NCBI GenBank assembly: GCA_964016885.1
Contig: OZ024741.1
Location: forward strand, 23,188,001 to 23,252,000
DNA: 64,000 nt
DNA from: Eledone cirrhosa
Lineage: Eukaryota
Direction of reading: 5' to 3'
The notes below the pieces were generated by a model. The model was given only the letters and a program-made list of their open reading frames with translations. It was not told the DNA's origin and did no database searches. How positions within the stretch are numbered: the stretch's first letter is position 1; each line of letters opens with the position of its first letter. A program made the position numbers and the translations under genes. Of this stretch, positions 54,575 through 64,000 are shown in pieces.

Positions 54575-57085
54575 TAGGCAGGAGGAGAGTAACATGGTAG
54601 TGGAACAGTAAGGTGGAGGAGTCGATTAAGGCCAAAAAGCAGGCTTGGAAAGTATGGCGGGATGGGGGAAGTAGAGAAGACTATCAAGTGGCCAGGAGGG
54701 AAGCCAGGAGACAAGTATACTTCGCAAGAAGGGAAGCAGAGGAAAGAAAGTTCAAGCATGTTCTACAACGCGAGGACCAAAAACGTGAGGTGTTCAGGAT
54801 TGCTAGGCAATGTGTCAAGGACGCTGATAAGAAGGTCGCTTGGAAGTGTCACTACGAGAGGCTACTAAATGAGGAGAATAAATGGGAGAAGGATAGTCTC
54901 CCCCAGATCGATCCAATAGAGGGACCAGCAGTGTTAGTTGAAGGTAGTATAATAAGTAAGGCAATCAAAGATATGAAGACGGGTAAGGCGGCTGGGCCTT
55001 CGGAAATAGTTGCTGAGATGCTGAAGGCCTCTGGAACGGTGGGACACACCATGGTCACCCGGATAGTAAACCAAGTCATACAGAATGGGGTTGTTCCGAA
55101 GGACTGGCGTAGCAGCATCAACATTAACTGTTACAAGGGTAAAGGAGACGCCCTAGATAGGAGTAACTATAGAGGGATTAAATTAATCGACCAGGTCATG
55201 AAGGTCACGGAAAAAGTAATAGTGCAACTAATCAGAGAGAGAATCGATCTAGATGAAATGCAGTTCGGGTTTGTGTCAGGCAAAAGTACCATAGACGCTC
55301 TTTTCATTGTACGACAACTAGAGGAGAAGTACCTAGCTAAAAGTAAACCCCTATACTTAGCCTTTGTCGACTTGGAGAAAGCCTTCGACAGAGTCCCCCG
55401 TTCCATTATCTGGTGGGCTCTTAGAAAACTAGGTGTTGACGAATGGCTTGTGAGAGCTATACAAGCCATGTATAAAGAAACAGTGAGCAAGGTTAGAATT
55501 AACAACGAATATAGTGAAGAGTTTAGCGTAAAAGTTGGTGTCCATCAGGGCTCTGTTCTTAGCCCCCTACTATTCATTATTGCTCTTCAGGCTATAACAG
55601 AGGAGTTCAAGACTGGCTGCCCATGGGAACTCTTATACGCAGATGACCTAACGCTCATAGCCGAATCAATGGCCGAGCTAGAGAAGAAATTCCAAACATG
55701 GAAGCACGGCCTAGAATCAAAAGGCCTTAAAATTAACCTGGCTAAGACTAAAATTCTAGTTTGTAGGAAAGAAAATAAGGCGCCGGTCCCTTCCGGGAAA
55801 TGGCCATGCTCAGTGTGTAGGAAAGGCGTAGGTAGAAACTCCATTTTATGTCCCAAATGCAAAGTATGGGTGCATAAAAGATGTAGTGGGATCACAGGTA
55901 AGCTAACTAAGAACACTGATTTTACATGTGGCGGTGCTCTGGTGCAATAAGTAGCAGCAAGTGCCCACAAAATACTAGCTCTTTCAACTGCGCAGAGGGT
56001 TCTATAGAAATAGTGGACAGCTTCCGTTACCTGGGTGACAAAATCAGCAGTGGGGGAGGGTGCTCTGAAAGTACAGTAGCTAGAGTCAGAACTGGATGGA
56101 AAAAGTTCAGAGAGCTTATACCACTATTAGCCGCTAAAGGGTTCTCCCTAAAAATGAAAGGCAGGTTGTATGATGCCTGCATACGAACAGCAATGTTGCA
56201 TGGCAGTGAGACCTGGGCATTGTGTGCAGAGGATATACGCAGACTAGAGAGGAACGAAGCTTGCATGCTCCGCTAGATGTGTAATAGTAATATACGCGAA
56301 CGGCAAAGCATAAACGAACTAAGGAAAAAATTAGAAATAAGAGAGATCAGATGTTGTTTACTCGAGAGAAGGCTACGTTGGTATGGTCACGTGATGCGCA
56401 TGAAAGACGACAGCTGTATAGCAAAGTGCAGGGCAATAAAGATAGACGGTAGCCACGGAGTAGGCAGACCCAGAAAAACCTGGGACGAGCTGATAAATTC
56501 CGACCTCACACACTTACACCTCTCCAAGACAATGTCACTGGACCGAGATCTTTGGCGGTACTCAGTAATAGAGAAGACCCGCCTTACCTAAATACAAAGT
56601 AAAAACCTACTACAGTCAGTAGGCATCTCTAACAAAATACACCCCCGTCCTACCAACCCCACCCCATCCACACCGCCCCTTTCAATGTAAAGTTATGTTG
56701 GTGCCACAAAATCCAGGCCGAAACAAATGAGATCGTGTAGGTGTCACGACAAAAAAAACACAGTCCACGCTGTAATGTGACCGTGTAGGCAACACGGTAA
56801 AAACCTCCCAGTCCCACACTGTAAATGTGGTTGGTGTTAGGAAGGGCATCCAGCTGTAGAAAACCCGCCAGACAGTCCACGCTGTAATGTGGCCGTGTAG
56901 GCAACACGGTAAAAACCTCCCAGCCCCACACTGTAAATGTGGTTGGTGTTAGGAAGAGCATCCAACTGTAGAAAACCCGCCAGACAGTCCTATGCGAGCA
57001 AGACAACCACTCTTGCCTCAAGTGGGAAAACTCCCGTCCAAACCCATGCAAGCGTGGAACATGGACGTTAAACGATGATGATGAT
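54575..57085 (+). mobile_element. RTE LINE subfamily A2, 5'-truncated and disabled
   Basis: RT with YADD and Cys/His finger. Internal deletion, frameshift at ~55935, stop at 56274, duplicated 3' UTR segment and (GAT)n tail. Confidence 0.95.
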
Positions 57086-57109
57086 ATATATATATGTTTA
57101 TATATATAT

Positions 57110-57727
57110 AGGCAAATCAGAGAGGCCAGTGAAATAGAACTTAGAAGGCCAAGACTAAACAGAAAGAATGAATGGAATAACAACAACTCCCAAACAAACA
57201 ACACTGACCTAAGAGAAGTATAAATAAATAAATAAATAGATAAATATATAAATAAATACATACACAAGCACAATAACAACAAACACATATAAACACACAC
57301 TAGTAAAGATAGAATACATTAACCGATACACAGTCACCCAATCACGAACACACATCAAACAAAACACTATACACACACTCAAACGCATGCGCAAAGAAGA
57401 CAAAATAAAATAAACAAACAAACAAATAAATAAATAAATATATAAACAGACTAAATAAAGATGGCGTAGACATACAATGTAACGGGAGGAAACAATAGCA
57501 CCACTGACGATGTTGCAGATGTGCAACGAAAGAACTTTGATAAACTATATATAATTGTTTGTGTCTATATTGTATCTGTATTATTTTTGACCGTTGGTCA
57601 GTCAATGGCAACATTGAGGACCGAATAAATTAGATTACCGATATAAAAGACACAGAAGCGAAAACCAACCAAACAGTGAGTGTGTTCTGTTATTAATTCT
57701 GGTAATATTACACAATATTAACCTTCA
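57110..57727 (+). mobile_element. Penelope-like element 3' fragment (GIY-YIG C-terminus + 3' tail)
   Basis: Translates RQIREASEIELRRPRLNRKNEW. Followed by CTGACGA-t-GTTGCA-gatg-TGCAAC-GAAA, an HHR-like core at 57504-57531. Confidence 0.75.
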
Positions 57728-57740
57728 TATCATGTCTCCC

Positions 57741-57808
57741 TATTTTATCTGACGAAAACGCAAATGTCATCGCATGATATTTGTTTTTGAAATGCGCATA
57801 ATAAAATA
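57741..57808 (+). ncRNA. Type I hammerhead ribozyme
   Basis: TATTTTAT-CTGACGA-(15-bp stem II)-GAAAT-GCGC-ATA-ATAAAATA: perfect 8-bp stem I and palindromic stem III. Confidence 0.85.
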
Positions 57809-57934
57809 CATGGAACTCTTTTAACCATCTTTTGATCTTATATTATTTATACTCCAGTCCTACAATCTGTAGAGTGCTACTTATCCGATATCTGCATTGC
57901 TTTATTGTACTACAATAAAACTCACCTCCTATAT

Positions 57935-58155
57935 ATCATCATCATCATCATCATCATCAGCGTTTTACGTCCGTTCTTCCACGCTAGCATGGGTTAGACG
58001 GGTTGTCCTGTTGTAGGCAGTGTCTGGTCGGCTCACCATGCCTTGCTCATACAGGAACTGATCTGGCTTGATTTCTACAGCTGGATGCCCTTCCTAACAC
58101 CAACCTCATTTACAGTGAGTGCTGGGTGCTTTTTCGTGGCGCCTACACGTCCACA
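57935..58155 (-). mobile_element. RTE family A 3' tail
   Basis: Nearly identical to 5016-5222. Confidence 0.92.
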
Positions 58156-58233
58156 TGTTTATATATATATATGTTTATATATATAAATCAGGAAAGAAGG
58201 TTTACATGGTTTGCTATACAAAAAAGTTTATAA

Positions 58234-58352
58234 TCACATAGCTTACATTTGTTTCACTGAACTGGTATGTCTAGAGATCGCTATTCGCTTAATTTTGCGT
58301 TACTCGATCGCCAATACAGAATTATAACCAGTCAGATCTTCGGAGCATGCGA
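58234..58352 (-). ncRNA. Degenerate type I hammerhead
   Basis: TCGCATGCT-CCGAAGA-[CTGACTGGT...ACCAGTTCAG]-GAAAC-AAAT-GTA-AGCTATGTGA; carries a U4C core change. Confidence 0.5.
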
Positions 58353-58737
58353 GAATGAAGAAAATACACAGGCAAGAAAAGAAAATACAGGCTACTATAT
58401 GAAGTAGTAATGGCATTCAATTAGAACAATAACAACAATTACAACAATGCTATCAATAAATTATTTAAGGAGACCCTGACATTACTTAGGTGTGGGGTAT
58501 ATAATGTATCTAATGTTACGGCGTGTAAAACTAGCTGTCATAAGGCAAAATGAAGCGTTGGCATGTACAAAGTATCGTAGTGTATATCAATTTTAAATTA
58601 TAAAGATAAGCTAGTTTTTACAGTCTTTCTCTTCATCTTCAACAGTATACATGAGTGGGACCACTGTCAAAGCTAAATAGTTGTAGAGTTAATACAGAGG
58701 TTAACGAATTAATATACGCATATATTTACGCACACAT

Positions 58738-58786
<49 letters not shown>

Positions 58787-59495
58787 TACACATGCATGTG
58801 TACATAGACACATACATACACATCAATATACACTCGTACAAAAATATACATACATGCAAAGAGAAAAGCGTGTTAATTGTAATTATGGCAAAAAGAAGGT
58901 AAAGTAACATTGTAGTAGTGAAATGAGAAAAACTAGGATTTAGGATCAAATGATGGCAGCAGCTGAGAAGGAGTAAGATTGTTGGTAGATGAGGTACTTA
59001 CAGACAATTGTGTGGTATAGACTTGTGAAGGATATAGTATACTTAATGAATATATTTCTGTGGGTAGTAGGTATCCTAATTTAAAGCTATGTTATGTTGG
59101 TTCGATTCACGGAGGTTTGAATCTTATGAATTTAGTGGCTATTCTATGTCTGCAGAAGATAGATCTTTCTAACTTATATATATATATTTATATATGTTTA
59201 TATATATATATTTATATATCATAAAACATGTCTATAGAATCACCAGATAAAATATATACCATTTCCTCTCCCAATTAGCATAATTAACCATATAAAAATT
59301 CGATTAGACCAAGCTATAAGAATAAAGGCTTCTATGAAGAAATCTCCGACAAATAACCGAAATCAGCCCTTCGTGCTGGCTGCGACGGAATATTTATCGA
59401 ATATTTCGACATCGTGTATGAATCGCCCAGATATAGAGTCAATTAAACAGAATTAGGTGTAAAATAAACTAGGAGAAAAGTGAACATATTTATTT

Positions 59496-59573
59496 ACCTC
59501 GACCATGGTTTCGTCCGCATTTTAAGATATCTGATGGCTTCGGACACCTAGAGCACCGGACTCTTCAGGAAGT
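59496..59573 (-). ncRNA. Type I hammerhead ribozyme
   Basis: ACTTC-CTGAAGA-GTCCG...CGGAC-GAAAC-CATG-GTC-GAGGT: canonical core. Confidence 0.88.
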
Positions 59574-59599
59574 TAGCTCAATGTAAACATATATATATA

Positions 59600-60988
<1,389 letters not shown>

Positions 60989-61003
60989 TATATATATATA
61001 TAT

Positions 61004-61148
<145 letters not shown>

Positions 61149-61238
61149 TATATATGACGAAGGAAATGCGGTAAGGAACCAGATGGACCATAACGCACCA
61201 AAGTACTCAATACTTAGGGTAGTAGAGTGGGTAATAGG

Positions 61239-61362
61239 AACGAGTAGGACCCGACGGCTGAGCTCAAGCCGTTTCGACGGCTAATTCTGGACTAAAAAAA
61301 TTTTTTTAGTCCAGAATTAGCCGTCGAAACGGCTTGAGCTCAGCCGTCGGGTCCTACTCGTT
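61239..61362. repeat. Perfect 124-bp spacerless palindrome containing a hammerhead 3' half
   Basis: Centre A7|T7 at 61300/61301; contains GTC-GAAAC-GGCTTGAGCTCAGCC-GTC. Confidence 0.9.
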
Positions 61363-61365
61363 ACT

Positions 61366-61838
61366 ATCATCATCATCATCATCATACGTCCGCTTTTCCC
61401 TGCTTACAAGGGTGGGACGGGTCTTATTCAGCACAGCATCTCTCCACTCGTCACGGTCCTTCGTCATTTCCACCGTGAGCTTCAATGATTTGAGGTCTGT
61501 TCTCACCACCTCCGCCCATGTTTTTCGTGGTCTACCTCTGCCACGTCTTCCTTCAACTGGCATTTCCTGGCACTTCTTCACCCATCGGTCATCCTCCATG
61601 CGCATCACGTGTCCATACCACCTCAGTCTCCTCTCCCGTACACTACATTCTATCTCTCTCAGACACAGTTTCTCTCTCAACACATTTATGCTGGGTCGTT
61701 CACGCACATTTACATTGCACATCCAACGGAGCATGCTTGCCTCATTTCTCTCCAGCCGTCGCATATCCTCTGCAGTTACTGCCCATGTCTCACTACCATG
61801 CAGCATCGCGCTCCTCACACAGGCATCATACAACCGGC
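61366..61838 (-). mobile_element. RTE family B 3' fragment
   Basis: Translates YDACVRSAMLHGSETW...RRLRWYGHV...GRGRPRKTW. Confidence 0.93.
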
Positions 61839-61968
61839 CTATTTTTATATATATATGATTATATATATATATATATGTTTATATATATATATATGTTTAC
61901 ATATATATGTTTACATATATATATAAATGTTTATATATATATATAAATGTTTATATATATATATAAAT

Positions 61969-62016
<48 letters not shown>

Positions 62017-62140
62017 GTTTATTTATATATATATATGTTTATATATATATATATATATATGTTTATATATATATATGTTTATATATATATATATATGTTT
62101 ATATATATATATATATGTTTATATATATATATATATATAT

Positions 62141-62600
62141 ATTAGAATTGGAGCTCTGAAATAGCAATATATATATGGATGTATATATAATGTATTTTGC
62201 AATACACTTTATGCTTAATTAAAAGCATTTTGAAGACCGTTTGCTATTGTTTTAGAGTAGTGACAAATTCACTTACTTTAATCTCAGCAAACAGGGGAGA
62301 TAAGCCGACAAGGCCTTGTTTCGCTTTTGTTGAAGCTTATCAAGGCTAACTACCCCTCCTGTCTACTGAGATTACTGATGTTATATTCTTATTGAATTCT
62401 AGTAAACATTCAGGAACTGATTATACAGAGCGATTGTTGGTCAGGCAGAAATTAAAAATTAGAATTGGAGCTCTGTTTGCTGAGATTAAAGTAAGTGAAT
62501 TTGTCACTACTCTAAAACAATAGCATACGGTCTTCAAAATGCTTTTAATTAAGCATAAAGTGTATTGCAAAATACATTATATATACATCCATATATATAT
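62141..62600 (-). mobile_element. Retrozyme-like ~317-nt HHR unit with terminal redundancy and inverted tail copy
   Basis: 18-bp direct repeat at 62141-62158 and 62458-62475. 128-bp inverted repeat at 62167-62294 and 62473-62600. Confidence 0.65.
62279..62374 (-). ncRNA. Type I hammerhead ribozyme, U3-A8 covariant, extended stem I
   Basis: AGCC-TTGATAA-GCTT-caacaa-AAGC-GAAAC-AAGGCCTT-GTC-GGCT, with an outer 17-bp helix containing two G-U pairs. Confidence 0.85.
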
Positions 62601-62760
62601 ATGTTTGTTAATATATCCATTTGTTAATATATCGTATTTTTACTCCAATAATTTGTTGAGTGCTTTATATCAGTTATAAAAATATTTGCTTGTTGTATCC
62701 CAACAATTTAAATGGAACTTCTACATATATATATATATATATATATATGTTTATATATAT

Positions 62761-63217
62761 CGACCTTACACACTTACATCTCTCTAAGACAATGTCTCTG
62801 GACCGAGATCTTTGGTACTACGCAGTAATACAGAAAACCCGCCTTGCCTATGTACAAAGCGAAACCTACAGTCAGTAGGCACCTCTTAACCAAATATACA
62901 CCCCAATCCACTACTCCTACCCTATCCTCCCACTCCCACCAACAGCACGAGATAATGAGATCGAGATCGTGTAGGTGTCACGACAAAAAACACACACAGT
63001 CCACACTGTAATGCAGCCGTGTAGTTAACACAGTAAAAAGTTCCCAGTTCCACACTGTAAATGTGGTTGGTGTTAGGAAGGGCATCCAGTCGTAGAAAAC
63101 CTGCCAGATAGTCCTATATGAGCGAGACACGGTCACCAGACCAACCTTGCCTCAAGTTGGACAACTCCCGTCTAACCCATGCTAGCGTGGAAAATGGACG
63201 TTAAACGAAGATGATGA
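62761..63217 (+). mobile_element. RTE A2 3' fragment
   Basis: Translates DLTHLHLSKTMSLDRDLW; 3' UTR and (GAT)n tail. Confidence 0.9.
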
Positions 63218-63250
63218 TATATATATATATATATGTGTTTATATATATAT

Positions 63251-63946
63251 ATCATCATCATCATCATCGTTTAACATCCATCTTCCACGCTTGCATGGGT
63301 TTGGACGGGAGTTTTCACACTTGAGGCAAGATTGGTTGTCTTGCTCGTTTTCTACGGCAGGATGCCCTTCCTAACACCAACCACGTTTACAGTGTGGACT
63401 GGGAGGTTTTTACCGTGTTACCTACACGGCCACATTACACCGTGGACTGTGTGTTTTTTTGTCGTCACACCTACACGACCTCATTTGTTTCGGGCTGGAT
63501 GTTGTGGTACCAACATAACTTTACATTGAAAGGGGTGGTGTGGATGGGGTGGGGGTAGTGGACCGGGGGTGTATTTTTGTTAGAGGTGCCTACTGACTAG
63601 TAGGTTTCACTTTGTACTTAGGCAAGGCGGGTCTTCTGTATTACTGTGTAGCGCCAAAGGTCTCGGTCCAGTGACATTGTCTTGGAGAGGTGTAAGTGTG
63701 TGAGGTCGGAATTTATCAAGTCGTCCCAGGTTTTTCTGGATCTGCCTACTCCGTGGCTACCGTCTATTTTTATTGCCCTGCACTTTGTTATACAGCTGTC
63801 GTCTTTCATGCGCATCACGTGACCATACCAACGTAGTCTTCTCTCGAGTAAACAACATCTGATCCCTCTTATTTCTAATTTTTTCCTTAGTTCGTTTATG
63901 CTTTGCCGTTCACGTATATTACTATTATACATCCAGCGGAGCATGC
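63251..63946 (-). mobile_element. RTE A2 3' fragment
   Basis: ORF 63618-63944 matches 56277-56591; tail-to-tail with the previous copy. Confidence 0.92.
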
Positions 63947-63965
63947 ATATATATATATATATATA

Positions 63966-64000
<35 letters not shown>

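Overview
This is AT-rich, repeat-dense animal DNA. The SINE and RTE families and the microsatellite load suggest a cephalopod such as Octopus (inference). The only host coding sequence found is the first coding exon of par-3/PARD3 on the minus strand (36364-36483, [19 protein letters not shown]...). Positions 1-36363 therefore appear to be one long intron, and about 43-64 kb is upstream or intergenic. The rest of the window is made of RTE LINEs (two near-full-length copies in opposite orientation), a CR1 LINE, tRNA-derived SINEs, MITEs, Helitrons, Penelope-like element (PLE) remnants and many minisatellites, several of them seeded by TEs. The most striking signal is a cluster of sequence-distinct type I hammerhead ribozyme (HHR) motifs between 53.7 and 62.4 kb. 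Three have complete cores, one of them a U3-A8 covariant inside a ~317-nt terminally redundant retrozyme-like unit. They are interleaved with fold-back palindromes and (TA)n tracts. Also notable are a 5S rRNA-RTE tail chimera with a target-site duplication (TSD), a Helitron whose empty site is preserved by a minisatellite, and a tandem array of a SINE Pol III promoter head. All alignments and folds were done by eye.
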